Shown: piece after piece, positions 54,515 through 64,000 of the stretch | Position numbering within the stretch: the stretch's first letter is position 1 | Layout of the letters: each line of letters opens with the position of its first letter | Origin: Thermoplasmatales archaeon | Lineage (GTDB): Archaea > Thermoplasmatota > Thermoplasmata > Thermoplasmatales > GCA-001856825 | Assembly: GCA_038729485.1 (NCBI GenBank) | Contig: JAVYRX010000005.1 | Coordinates: forward strand, 1,417 to 65,416 | Length of the DNA stretch: 64,000 nt | Direction of reading: 5' to 3' | Position numbers and translations under genes: made by a program | Notes under the pieces: generated by a model | What the model saw: the letters and a program-made list of their open reading frames with translations, nothing else | What the model was told of the DNA's origin: nothing | Database searches by the model: none

Positions 54515-55438
54515 TCAAGTGCCCACCATGACCTTCTTGAGTATTATCTTCTCTGCATGTAGTCTATTTTCTGCTTCAGAAAATATGACGCTGTTTGGTG
54601 AATCGGCAACGTCGTCAGTGACTTCCTGTCCGCGATGTGCGGGAAGGCAGTGCATGAAAATATAGTCCTTCTTTGCTATTGAAACCATCTTCCTGTTTAT
54701 TTGATATGGGTTGAACGCTTTCAACCTTTCTTTTTCCTCTTTTTCCTCGCCCATGGAAACCCAAACATCCGTATAAACCACGTCAGCCCCAGCAACGGCC
54801 TCCTTGAATTCATTAGTTACAACTACCTCTGATTTGCGTTCTCTTGACAGCGAGAGTGCCTTATTCACCATTTTCTTGTCCGGTTCATATCCCTCAGGTG
54901 TTGCTATCCAGAAATCAGCTCCTACAAGCGCTGATGCAAGCATTAGGGAATTGGCAGTGTTGTTGCCATCTCCGACATATGCTATTTTGAGGCCTTCAAG
55001 CTTCCCCTTGTTTTCCTTAATTGTCATAAAGTCTGCAACGATCTGCGTCGGATGTTCCACGTCGTCCAGTCCGTTTATCACTGATACAGTGGAATTCTTA
55101 GCCAGCTCTAGCACATTCTCATGCTTATATGCTCTGTAAAGTATGCTATCTACCATTCCAGAGAGAACCTTGGCAGTGTCAGCTATTGTTTCTCCACGCC
55201 CCATTTGCATATCGCGTGGAGAAAGGTATATAGCATGACCGCCCAACTGTGTCATAGCAGTTTCAAAGCTTACTCTTGTCCTCGTCGACGCCTTCTCGAA
55301 TATCATTGCGAGCGTTTTTCTGTCAAGGGACGAATCTTTTTTTCCCGCCTTGAATGATCTCTTTAGTTTCAATCCTTCATCTACGAATTCCACGAAATCG
55401 TCTTTCATGTCCAAAACTGAAATTATATCCCTTTTCAT
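54515..55438 (-). CDS. argF: Ornithine carbamoyltransferase
   Basis: FEKASTRTR, HPTQ, GDGNN, YTDVWVSMG, MHCLPAHRG, EAENR. Confidence 0.96.
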   Translation of the reverse strand: MKRDIISVLDMKDDFVEFVDEGLKLKRSFKAGKKDSSLDRKTLAMIFEKASTRTRVSFETAMTQLGGHAIYLSPRDMQMGRGETIADTAKVLSGMVDSILYRAYKHENVLELAKNSTVSVINGLDDVEHPTQIVADFMTIKENKGKLEGLKIAYVGDGNNTANSLMLASALVGADFWIATPEGYEPDKKMVNKALSLSRERKSEVVVTNEFKEAVAGADVVYTDVWVSMGEEKEEKERLKAFNPYQINRKMVSIAKKDYIFMHCLPAHRGQEVTDDVADSPNSVIFSEAENRLHAEKIILKKVMVGT

Positions 55439-56301
55439 CCCAACACCTCTTTCAAAAGGCCCGGAATTTCATAGGGGTAGGAACCGACTAGAACCCCAGC
55501 CTCCTTAAGAGCATTGACCTTGGACTCTGCTGTTCCACGTCCTCTGGTGATTATCGCCCCGGCATGACCCATTCTTTTTCCTGGAGGCGCGCTTCTACCT
55601 GTTATGTACGCAACTACGGGCTTGTTGAAATTATGTTTTATGTATTCTGCGGCTTCCTCCTCTTCTGTGCCTCCTATCTCGCCAACGATCACGACTGCTT
55701 CCGTTTCTTCATCCTTCTTAAACCTCTCCAGGACGTCTATGAAGTCTAGCCCAGTTACAGGATCTCCTCCGAGACCAATAACGGTGCTTTCTCCCAACCC
55801 GCTCTCCGTTATAAGGTTCACTATTTCGTATGTTAGTGTTCCGCTCCTTGAGATCACTCCAACGTTGCCCTTCCTGAATATCTGGTTGGGCATAATGCCC
55901 AACTTGCACGTAAATGGCGTTGCCGCACCAGGTCCGTTTGGGCCAAGGACAGTCTTTCCCATCTTCCTGGCAAGACTAACAATATGCATGGTATCTTGAT
56001 ACGGTACCTTCTCGGTAAGTATGTATATTAGGTCTATGCCGTTGTATAAAGCTTCCTTCGCTGCATCGAGTACATAAGGCGCTGCCACTGAAATGAACGT
56101 CGCATTCGGTTCCTCTTTCATTCCCTCTTCCACCGAATTGTAGACCTTTATCCCTCCGACATCTGTTCCGCCTTTTCCTGGCGAGGTACCAGCGACGACT
56201 TTCGATCCGAACTTTTGCATCTGCATTGCATTAAAAGAGCCCTGATGACCTGTTATTCCTTGAACGATTATTCTCGTATCCTCTCCAACTATTATGCCCA
56301 T
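55435..56301 (-). CDS. sucD: Succinyl-CoA synthetase alpha subunit
   Basis: QGITG, GPNGPG, SRSGTLTYE, GEIGG..EE, RMGHAGA (phospho-His). Confidence 0.95.
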   Translation of the reverse strand: MGIIVGEDTRIIVQGITGHQGSFNAMQMQKFGSKVVAGTSPGKGGTDVGGIKVYNSVEEGMKEEPNATFISVAAPYVLDAAKEALYNGIDLIYILTEKVPYQDTMHIVSLARKMGKTVLGPNGPGAATPFTCKLGIMPNQIFRKGNVGVISRSGTLTYEIVNLITESGLGESTVIGLGGDPVTGLDFIDVLERFKKDEETEAVVIVGEIGGTEEEEAAEYIKHNFNKPVVAYITGRSAPPGKRMGHAGAIITRGRGTAESKVNALKEAGVLVGSYPYEIPGLLKEVLG

Positions 56302-57402
56302 TTAGTTCACCACCCTTTTAACTTCGTCTATTGCTTGCATCATGTTGGAATATGCAGATATCCCGTTTTCTTTAAGCATCTGCCTTCCTACGTCCTCATT
56401 GACCCCCGAAAGCCTCACAACTATGGGTGCAGAGAGTCCGACCCTCTTCTTGGCCTCAATAATTCCCTTTGCAACTGTGTCGCACCTAGTCACTCCCCCG
56501 AATATGTTAATGAATAGTGCAACTATATTTGCCTCTTTTAGAATTTCAAATGCACCAACTACCTTCTCTACATCGTCTGTGCCTCCGAGATCAAGAAAAT
56601 TTCTGGGCTTAAGACCCTTGAGCGTTAATCCGTCCAACGTAGCCATCGTGAGACCAGCACCATTGGCTATGACTCCTACATGCCCGTCAAGTTCAACAAG
56701 AGCGTATCCTCTGGAATGCGCTAGCTGTTCCAGTTTCGTCATGTCTGCGGGATTGTCTGGAATGTCCTTGTGTCTGAAGAGGGAATCGGAATCAATAATT
56801 ACTTTTGCGTCTCCTGCTACCACTCTTCCGTCCTTTAGAGCCGTAAGCGGATTCACCTCTACGAGTTCGCAGTCGTATGTTTCATAAAGGGAGTACATCT
56901 TCTGAACTATGTCCTGAAATTGTTTTGTTTGATTCTGATCCAAGTTTAATTTCGCAGCCAGGGCTCTTCCTATAAATCCTGAATATCCTACCACTGGATC
57001 GATCCAGTATTTTTCTATGTCAGAATCTGGGACTTCCTCTATCTCCATTCCGCCTGCCTTGGAAGCCATAATCAGAGGCTCCTTCTTGCTTCTGTCTAAA
57101 GTTATGGAAACATAGAGCTCCCTTGCAATATCCAATTTTTCTTCAAGGAGGACTCCTTTAACTTTCAGACCCTTTATAGTCATTCCAAGAACCTCCTTTC
57201 CTTTTTCCTCCAGTTCCTTCTCGTCCGAAGCAAATTTTATTCCTCCAGCTTTGCCCCTTCCTCCCGTGAGCACCTGAGCCTTTACGACAACTGGAAATTT
57301 GTTCCAAGAGAGTTGCTGGACGGACTCACAGTATATGCCATCTGGAATGGGGATTCCAAATTTTCGGAACAAGGCCTTAGCCTGATATTCATATAGATTC
57401 AT
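56302..57402 (-). CDS. sucC: Succinyl-CoA synthetase beta subunit
   Basis: MNLYEYQAK, KAQV.TGGRGKAGG, EVNPL, NGAGL.MAT.D, NFLD.GG, NIFGG. Confidence 0.95.
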   Translation of the reverse strand: MNLYEYQAKALFRKFGIPIPDGIYCESVQQLSWNKFPVVVKAQVLTGGRGKAGGIKFASDEKELEEKGKEVLGMTIKGLKVKGVLLEEKLDIARELYVSITLDRSKKEPLIMASKAGGMEIEEVPDSDIEKYWIDPVVGYSGFIGRALAAKLNLDQNQTKQFQDIVQKMYSLYETYDCELVEVNPLTALKDGRVVAGDAKVIIDSDSLFRHKDIPDNPADMTKLEQLAHSRGYALVELDGHVGVIANGAGLTMATLDGLTLKGLKPRNFLDLGGTDDVEKVVGAFEILKEANIVALFINIFGGVTRCDTVAKGIIEAKKRVGLSAPIVVRLSGVNEDVGRQMLKENGISAYSNMMQAIDEVKRVVN

Positions 57403-57437
57403 TGTTCATCCACCCAATATTAACGGTTATTATAAAT

Positions 57438-59795
57438 TCATTTTCTTGTAATCTTCGAGATTAGGTTCTCGTTCACCTCTAATTTTTCCAGCCCGTTCTT
57501 TATGCCAGCTGAAGCTTCGGGGATGCTGTTAGATTTGATGAAAGCCTCAACCTCTCTCCTATGGCCTATGCCATCAATAGATATAATTATCTCAAGGAGT
57601 CTTGAAACTGAGCTGCTTCCTTTGTAAATTTCCCTTATTACATTCAGGTTTGATGGAAGCCACTTCCATATTTCGCCGCGGAAATTTTTATTCATTGTCG
57701 CACCGCGCAGCGCATAGAGCAAATTTCCTCTCATTTCCGTCCTGGACACTGAGAAGTTCAGGAACTCGTTGACTGCCTGGATATCCGGAAACATGCCCAT
57801 TGCAAACATAACTCTTGCCGATTCGGTGTCGTTCTCGGGAGATCTTGCCATATCCCATAATTTTCCTTTTTCGTAGTTGCTCATTGCAGACGAAATTAAA
57901 ACAGACATTCTTCTTTCCGGAGGCACGCTCTTGAAATCATTTATCTTTTGCTTTTCACTCTCCCTGAATTTTGGATCTATTATTGCTAGCACAGTGGACA
58001 AGTTATCAACTATGGCTTTAGAATTCTCGTCTTTTTCATTGCTGAATAAGGACAATTTGTCGTTTAGGTATTGGGATGCAGTAGAAATGATGCCATCTGA
58101 GTCTAATATCAGGGCAAGTTGTTCAAGGATGTCGCCAAGCCTTTGGACTAGCGTGTAGTCATTGCGTTCCCTGAGTAGTGCTATAAGTTTTGAGAACTCT
58201 TCGAATTCTATGTCTCCGGATAGTAGAAATGAAAAATAGTCGTCTATGAGTTTTGCCAAAAACTCTGAAGATGGACCGGCGGCAAGAATCCTATCCAGCA
58301 AATTACCCTTAAACAAGATTCTGTAATAGCCAGCAGCCTTTGTATCGAATAGAGTATCCAGACTTCCTCTGAATTTCTTTTCCTTGTCCTTAAATAGAAT
58401 TTTTGTCGTTCTATTTCCTTTTTTTAGAAATAGAGGGATCTCCCAGATATAATCGTCGTGGTTTTTCAAGAACGTGAATCTCCTTTGAGAAACTCTGATA
58501 GTATCATTTTCTGAAGATACGGTCACGACGGGGAGACCTTCCTTTTCCAACCAAGATTTCATTAAAGAGGAAATATCCTTCTTGCTTACCTCGGAGAGGG
58601 AGGTCCAGAGATCTTCTGAAGTTGCGTTTGAATATTCAAAATGCTTCAAGTATCTATAAACGCCTTCCCTGAATTTTTCCTCTCCGATATACTCTTCTAT
58701 CATCCTTAATACTGAAGCTCCCTTCCCGTAGCTTATCTCGTCAAATATCTCGGATATCTCATCCGGGCTTTTGACCGGAACCCTTACGGGATGCGTTCCC
58801 ATCAGGCTATCTTTAGACATGGACGACAGCGTTTCTTCCCTCAAAAAGTCCTGCCATAGATTCCATTCGGGGTATAGCTTTGAAAGTATCTTGTATCCTA
58901 CGAATGTTGCAAACGACTCATTTAGCCATAAGTCATCCCACCATTTCATAGTAACTAAATCTCCGAACCATTGGTGGGCAAATTCATGCGAAACCGTGTA
59001 GGCGATCTGCTTTTTTTGACCAAAGCTTACTGATTCGTTGAACAGCAGAGCCAGTTCCCTGAATGTAATTGCTCCCCAGTTCTCCATGGCCCCTGCACCA
59101 AATTGGGGAAGTGCAATGAGGTGAACCTTATCGAAGGGGTATTTAATCTTGTAATAACGTTCATACCGTGGCAGGAGTCTTTGGAGAAGTTTCAGAGAAA
59201 ATTGCCCCTCGTGTGCTTTTCCAGGAGAGGTTGCGACAGCAATAGTTCTCCCCTGCTTCGTGCGAGATATTATGTCAAAGTCACCTATGCCGATATAAAC
59301 AAGATATGTCGACATCGGGGGGGTCTCTTCAAATATGAAATGCGATTTTCCGTCACTCACCTCTCTAACGGCGGGTCGTCTGTTGCTGATCACCTCAACC
59401 CTAGAATCTACATTTACCTCTATCTTGAATTTAGCCTTCTCGTCAGGTCTGTCCACGCACGGAAATACTGACCTTGCGCCTGTTGGTTCCATCTGCGTAG
59501 TGATTATTCTCCCAGTTTCGTATCTGCTCTCATGAATCCCCATCAGGGACATGCTTGATACTTTCCCTGAAAATGTTATGACTACTGAGTTTGAATCTAG
59601 TGCGGGGATCTTCAGCACGCTGCCGTCAAGTTGATATGCAACCTTTTTCCCGTTGCTCTCGATATCTTCGATCAAGAGGCCTTCACTGTCCAGGCTAAGA
59701 CCGTCGTCAAACGTCCCGCTAATTGTTTCTACGCATTTGTATTTAAGCTCATTGAAGCTAAAATAAAATTTGAGGTCATAACCTTCTACCTTCAT
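57438..59795 (-). CDS. M1 aminopeptidase, tricorn-interacting factor F2/F3-like
   Basis: TQMEPTGAR..FPC, TPPMSTYL, GAMENWG, HEFAHQWFG, WLNESFA, FDEISYGKG; ERAP1-like C-terminus. Confidence 0.93.
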   Translation of the reverse strand: MKVEGYDLKFYFSFNELKYKCVETISGTFDDGLSLDSEGLLIEDIESNGKKVAYQLDGSVLKIPALDSNSVVITFSGKVSSMSLMGIHESRYETGRIITTQMEPTGARSVFPCVDRPDEKAKFKIEVNVDSRVEVISNRRPAVREVSDGKSHFIFEETPPMSTYLVYIGIGDFDIISRTKQGRTIAVATSPGKAHEGQFSLKLLQRLLPRYERYYKIKYPFDKVHLIALPQFGAGAMENWGAITFRELALLFNESVSFGQKKQIAYTVSHEFAHQWFGDLVTMKWWDDLWLNESFATFVGYKILSKLYPEWNLWQDFLREETLSSMSKDSLMGTHPVRVPVKSPDEISEIFDEISYGKGASVLRMIEEYIGEEKFREGVYRYLKHFEYSNATSEDLWTSLSEVSKKDISSLMKSWLEKEGLPVVTVSSENDTIRVSQRRFTFLKNHDDYIWEIPLFLKKGNRTTKILFKDKEKKFRGSLDTLFDTKAAGYYRILFKGNLLDRILAAGPSSEFLAKLIDDYFSFLLSGDIEFEEFSKLIALLRERNDYTLVQRLGDILEQLALILDSDGIISTASQYLNDKLSLFSNEKDENSKAIVDNLSTVLAIIDPKFRESEKQKINDFKSVPPERRMSVLISSAMSNYEKGKLWDMARSPENDTESARVMFAMGMFPDIQAVNEFLNFSVSRTEMRGNLLYALRGATMNKNFRGEIWKWLPSNLNVIREIYKGSSSVSRLLEIIISIDGIGHRREVEAFIKSNSIPEASAGIKNGLEKLEVNENLISKITRK

Positions 59796-59847
59796 ACACA
59801 CGAAGGTTGCTTATGGATAAAAATTTTTATAAATAAAATTAAAAATT

Positions 59848-60870
59848 TTATTTCCTTCTCTTAATGGTCAAAGCTGCTATTAAAGCGATGGCAACAATTG
59901 CCACGACAGCTATAGCTAGATACTCACCATTGGAGGCAGAAGTGCTTGCTTTCGTCTGAACTATGGCAAGTTCGTTGGCAGAGATCGGTTGTGCATCTCC
60001 GGTTATAGCCAAAGTTGCGGATGGATCCTGGATCATCTTGAGAGTATAGTTCATGCCATTGACATTTTCTGTTGAGTTGTAAGATATCTCGTTGCTCGAG
60101 TTATAGTACAGGTATGTGGTATTTGTCGAGGGGTCATAGTGAGATGTCCATTGATTAAGCGGTACTGAGAATACGTTGAAGTTTATCGTATCCCTATTAA
60201 CAGCGAAATGATCTCCAAGCACCTGCGAAAGACTGAAGAGATCTGAACCTTCATTCATGGAGAGATCTCCAAGTTCGTTGATGTCCATGCTTTCGTGAAA
60301 TTTATGTTCGTGGGAATTGAAGTTAAGAATACCGTCGAACGTGCCCATTAATTCGCCCTGCACCTGGAACGCCCTCCAGGACATATCTACGATTGTCTTA
60401 TTTCCGACCTTCTCTGTTACATTGGTTATTTTTATGTTTAAGGTCAAATTTCTAAATACTGTGAGATTAGTGCTATTGGCGTGAATGTGGAGCTGGTATA
60501 AGATGGTTGCATTCACGACGTGAATTTGCTGTGCCGGCTGGGTAAGATTTGATATATTATCAGGCTGGTTGTCGGAACCATTGCCCCTGGAGAAGTTTCC
60601 ATTGGCAAATTTCATGTCTTTCTGCAGCTCAAATCTGCCTGATGAATTTAGTGAAGCTGTACCGTTGAACCATATGGTAGTTCCGTTCAGAATTTGGGAT
60701 TGCTCTGAATCGTTGGGATAGGTGTAGAACAGTCTGTAATCGCTTGACGCATTTATTGTTGCAACGTTCGTAGTGGTGTTCACGGTCGCATGTATTACAG
60801 TCGCTGAACTGGTTGGGACCATAACCACGGCAATTGCCACTGCGGCAATTAGAAGAACTAAAGCCTTCAT
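59848..60870 (-). CDS. Secreted, C-terminally membrane-anchored Asn/Thr-rich surface glycoprotein
   Basis: Signal peptide (MKALVLL...SSA), many N-x-S/T sequons, C-terminal TM helix followed by KRRK. Confidence 0.8.
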   Translation of the reverse strand: MKALVLLIAAVAIAVVMVPTSSATVIHATVNTTTNVATINASSDYRLFYTYPNDSEQSQILNGTTIWFNGTASLNSSGRFELQKDMKFANGNFSRGNGSDNQPDNISNLTQPAQQIHVVNATILYQLHIHANSTNLTVFRNLTLNIKITNVTEKVGNKTIVDMSWRAFQVQGELMGTFDGILNFNSHEHKFHESMDINELGDLSMNEGSDLFSLSQVLGDHFAVNRDTINFNVFSVPLNQWTSHYDPSTNTTYLYYNSSNEISYNSTENVNGMNYTLKMIQDPSATLAITGDAQPISANELAIVQTKASTSASNGEYLAIAVVAIVAIALIAALTIKRRK

Positions 60871-60903
60871 AGGGTTTGATTTACCCTAATATTAACTATT
60901 TGC

Positions 60904-60938
60904 TGGTACAACATTCAAAAATTGGTACAAAATTGAAA
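60904..60938. repeat. Tandem 16-bp direct repeat upstream of the surface glycoprotein gene
   Basis: TGGTACAACATTCAAA (60904-60919) and TGGTACAAAATTGAAA (60923-60938), 14/16 identical. Confidence 0.6.
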
Positions 60939-61877
60939 CTAGGGATATTTCTCGACAGACTTTATTTCAAGCTGAGACTCTAGGAATTCCTTATCGCTTA
61001 ATTTTCCTATCGACTTAAAGAAGGAGTCAAGACTGCTCTTTTCAAAGATCATTGTGACCTTTGATTTCTCCCCTTCGACCTCAAGCAAATAATTGAATGG
61101 AAGGTCTGTGTCAGACAGCTTATATGGATCTATCAGAATACCCTGTTCAGGTACGACTGCGTGGAACACCCTTCCCCCTGTTTCATCTTTGTAAACAAGC
61201 TGGTATTCCTTTGCTTCATTTTGAAGCTCTTTTTCCCAGTCAGGAAACTCACCGTCCACGTGGTAAAACACATCTAGAAATCCATTTCTATCGACGCTTC
61301 TTACTGAAATAATTGCCTTAAATTTAGGATTCTTGCTTGCATACTTTAGAGTGAATGAGTTTGTAGGTAGAACATAAAACGTGAGCTTCTTCATTTCCCA
61401 GCCTCTTTCGTTCTCTAAGATCCAGTCCTTGTCGTTTCTTACAGGGCCCAGATAATCAATACTGAAGAAATCTCTCCTCTCCGAGTCTTTAAAAACAATT
61501 CTCTGCAATTCCGACGAGGACCTGAAGAACTTGATTCTTAAAATTACCTCGCCATCGGTAACAAAAATGGGGACATCTATGATTGCGTTCTTAACTTCCA
61601 ACAGTGAGTTTATCAACTCACAGACATAGCACTCTTCCTTCACGTTAATCGTTGCACCTGCCTTTCTGTCCATCATTTCATAACCACGGTTTCTTATGGC
61701 TTTCCTAAGCTCGTCCATAGTCTTTCCTTCCCGAAGGTACGTAACAACCGCTTCAATTGCTTTTCCTCTCCTGTAGAAGTTGAGATAGCCGTTGAAGCCA
61801 TAAACCTTGGAAAAATAGCTCACTGGGGACCTCATATCCTGAAATCTGATAACCATCTCGCTGTCAGGTTCAACCAT
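60939..61877 (-). CDS. Hypothetical soluble protein (312 aa, CxxC)
   Basis: Long ORF with SD-like GAGG upstream; no recognised family motif. Confidence 0.7.
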   Translation of the reverse strand: MVEPDSEMVIRFQDMRSPVSYFSKVYGFNGYLNFYRRGKAIEAVVTYLREGKTMDELRKAIRNRGYEMMDRKAGATINVKEECYVCELINSLLEVKNAIIDVPIFVTDGEVILRIKFFRSSSELQRIVFKDSERRDFFSIDYLGPVRNDKDWILENERGWEMKKLTFYVLPTNSFTLKYASKNPKFKAIISVRSVDRNGFLDVFYHVDGEFPDWEKELQNEAKEYQLVYKDETGGRVFHAVVPEQGILIDPYKLSDTDLPFNYLLEVEGEKSKVTMIFEKSSLDSFFKSIGKLSDKEFLESQLEIKSVEKYP

Positions 61878-62037
61878 GATTTCCTCAGTATTTTCTAAAT
61901 TTTATAATTTCCTATACCCATTTCTGCGGAAAAGCGAGCATTATTAATGTTGCCGATAGGTTAGTTCGTTGCGTTGAATACCTAGGACTAAGTTTATAAA
62001 CTTTTTTGTACTATCGTATAGGTTAAGTGACCTCTGA

Positions 62038-62454
62038 ATGACGCTAGTAGAACAATCGTACACCGATGGACCTATTACGGTAGACCTAATGGCTAGGGCA
62101 ATTTCGAATGGGATGAGTAGACAGAGCAAGAAGATGAGCGAACAGGAAGCCTACGACATAGCCTTCCATGTTTTGAACTTCTTCGGGTATAGCAGGTATG
62201 TAATAGACAATATGTTAGAGCCGGAGGACAGGGATGCATTCTATATGCTTGAGGACCTTGGAATACTGGATACTGAAAGAGAGGAGACAACCCTGTTTGA
62301 TGGAAGGGAATGGAGGATTCATTACTGGCTGATCAAGCCCGAGAATGTAAGAAAACTTGCAATGAGCAACGGCACAAGAACTGAAGAAGCGCAATCTGGT
62401 GAATCCTTGCTTTACGATGGACTACCTGATGATGTATGGAGGATGAAAGCCTAG
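62038..62454 (+). CDS. Thermoplasmata-type conserved winged-helix-like protein (DUF6015-like)
   Basis: FFGY...IDN.LEPEDRDAFYMLED.GIL.TEREETTL.DGREWRIHYW pattern. Confidence 0.7.
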   Translation: MTLVEQSYTDGPITVDLMARAISNGMSRQSKKMSEQEAYDIAFHVLNFFGYSRYVIDNMLEPEDRDAFYMLEDLGILDTEREETTLFDGREWRIHYWLIKPENVRKLAMSNGTRTEEAQSGESLLYDGLPDDVWRMKA

Positions 62455-62458
62455 AGTT

Positions 62459-64000
62459 ATGCACGTTGCTGTCATCGATTATGATAAGTGTCATTTCAAA
62501 AAGTGTAGACAGGAGTGTCAGTTTTATTGCCCGCCCGTGAGAAACGATATAATGGCTGTAGACTTTCTGCCTACGGGTTTCCCTCAGATACATGAAGACC
62601 TGTGTATTGGTTGCGGGATTTGTGCACACAGGTGCCCGTTTGATGCAATAAAGATAATAGGTGTACCGGAAAGGGAAAAGGGGAAGGCGGTGCACAGATT
62701 TGGGAGCAACGGCTTTGTCTTGTACGGCCTCCCATCTCTCGAAGGAAAAGGTGTAATCGGCATTCTTGGACAGAACGGAACTGGCAAAAGCACCATACTC
62801 AATATATTGACCGGAAATGTTGTGCCCAATTTTGGATCCAGCAATGGAGAAAGGGAATTAGTTTTAGAGAAATACAATGGAACGTATTTGGGGGAATATT
62901 TCGAATCTCTGTATTCCGGAAAGATGAAGGTATCCCTTAAGCCGCAATACGTAGATTCGATCCCAAGGTATTTCAACGGAAAAATTAGCGACCTGATATC
63001 TCAATACGGAGAAGAAGGCAGGAATAAGCTTTATGAACTTGGCTACGGTGAAATTTATGACAAAGATATCAAGAACCTTTCAGGCGGAGAACTTCAGCTT
63101 ATAGCAATACTTGCTGCAATTCTTAAGCCAGCCAGCGTATATTTCTTTGATGAACCGTCTTCCTATCTCGATATCTCCCAGAGGCTAAAGGTTTCTAAAG
63201 TGATAAGAGCTCTATCAGAAAGCAAGAAGGTCATTGTTGTAGAACATGACTTGGCCATCCTGGACTTCATGACGGATTACGTCAGCCTGACGTACGGGGA
63301 ACCAAGAGGGTTTGGAATCGTTAGCAATTCGTACTCGACGAGACAGGCAATAAATTCGTATCTTACAGGCTACATTAAACAGGAAAACATGAAATTCAGA
63401 GATTATGAAATAAAATTCCTAAGGAAGCCCCCTGAAATTGATAAAAGCCTTGTTCCTGCAATTTCGTGGACTGATCTTGAGAAAAAATTTGAAAATTTTA
63501 AATTAGAAGTGCACAGCGGAACCCTCAGAAAGGGGCAGGTCGCTGGGGTCATAGGGCCAAATTCAACTGGTAAATCAACGTTCGTGAGAATGATTGCCGG
63601 CGAGTTTCTCCCAGATGCAGGGGAGATTTCGGGTCAAGTGAAGGCGTCATTCAAACCCCAGAGTCCCGACTCCGATTTTCGGATTACGGTTTATGAGTTC
63701 CTTCAGAAATCACTTGGCGACAGAACCTCAGATGTCCAGTTCAAGAATGAGATTCTAAAGCCGCTTTCTATAGATGGGATCGGGGACTCTAACGTGTCCG
63801 ACTTATCTGGAGGAGACCTCCAGAAGGTTTACATAGCGAAGACCCTAGGAGCGGAGGCAGACGTTTATGTTCTCGATGAACCTTCGGCCTACCTGGATGC
63901 AGATCAGAGAATGATAGTCGCCAGAATGATCAAGAGATTTGCCGAAAATAATAAAAATAGCGTTATGGTGGTTGACCACGACATATATTTCATAGATCTT
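62459..64000 (+). CDS. ABCE1/RLI ribosome-recycling ATPase (truncated at window end, missing from the ORF track)
   Basis: Hand-read start MHVAVIDYDKCHFKKCRQECQFYCPPVR; CIGCGIC...CPF; Walker A GQNGTGKST; LSGGELQ; FDEPSSYLD; second NBD GPNSTGKST, LSGGDLQ, LDEPSAYLD. Confidence 0.95.
   Translation, partial: MHVAVIDYDKCHFKKCRQECQFYCPPVRNDIMAVDFLPTGFPQIHEDLCIGCGICAHRCPFDAIKIIGVPEREKGKAVHRFGSNGFVLYGLPSLEGKGVIGILGQNGTGKSTILNILTGNVVPNFGSSNGERELVLEKYNGTYLGEYFESLYSGKMKVSLKPQYVDSIPRYFNGKISDLISQYGEEGRNKLYELGYGEIYDKDIKNLSGGELQLIAILAAILKPASVYFFDEPSSYLDISQRLKVSKVIRALSESKKVIVVEHDLAILDFMTDYVSLTYGEPRGFGIVSNSYSTRQAINSYLTGYIKQENMKFRDYEIKFLRKPPEIDKSLVPAISWTDLEKKFENFKLEVHSGTLRKGQVAGVIGPNSTGKSTFVRMIAGEFLPDAGEISGQVKASFKPQSPDSDFRITVYEFLQKSLGDRTSDVQFKNEILKPLSIDGIGDSNVSDLSGGDLQKVYIAKTLGAEADVYVLDEPSAYLDADQRMIVARMIKRFAENNKNSVMVVDHDIYFIDL

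Noticed and set aside
60904-60939. CRISPR remnant suggested by a repeat ending ATTGAAAC
   Set aside because: Only two 16-bp copies separated by 3 nt, with no spacer-length gaps and no cas genes.
265-62976. Numerous 60-180 aa ORFs antisense to or nested in the called genes (e.g. 18224-18841, 41600-42004, 56342-56887, 62584-62976)
   Set aside because: They are shadow ORFs of well-supported genes, with Ser/Phe/Leu-rich antisense composition and no family motifs.

Overview
This is an archaeal chromosome segment, most likely Thermoplasmata (Thermoplasmatales-related). Support: archaeal-type MAT, RPA, Smc-ScpA, a Kae1-Bud32 fusion, Csl4/Lsm, ABCE1, a tricorn-interacting-factor-like peptidase and GGTG-type Shine-Dalgarno sites. 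Housekeeping blocks (about 1-15.5 kb and 46.6-64 kb) flank a ~30 kb accessory block. That block holds a radical SAM/GT4/flippase lipid cassette, a heme cluster (hemABCDL, hemE, hemH, an AhbD-like radical SAM and an unknown membrane protein), siroheme genes, and a dissimilatory sulfur cluster. The sulfur cluster is dsrC-orf-dsrAB-dsrMK-cobA-sirC, a DsrE-like gene, a Bat/HTH-10 regulator and aprBA-qmoABC. No sat, dsrD, dsrL, dsrEFH or dsrJOP is present in the window. Main observations not explained by the ORF track: (1) a candidate fluoride riboswitch in front of an unannotated small coiled-coil gene or gene pair rather than a fluoride exporter; (2) a recurring CTTA-N4-TAAGG palindrome 6-7 nt upstream of TATA-like boxes of dsrC, dsrE-like, aprB and a SatP-family transporter, suggesting a regulon; (3) an unknown Cys-rich gene translationally coupled between dsrC and dsrA; (4) an apparently chimeric origin, with archaeal-type DsrAB and Archaeoglobus-like AprBA; (5) a candidate non-canonical heme route. 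No rRNA, tRNA, CRISPR, integrase or transposase was seen. All family assignments come from motif recognition by eye, not from database searches.
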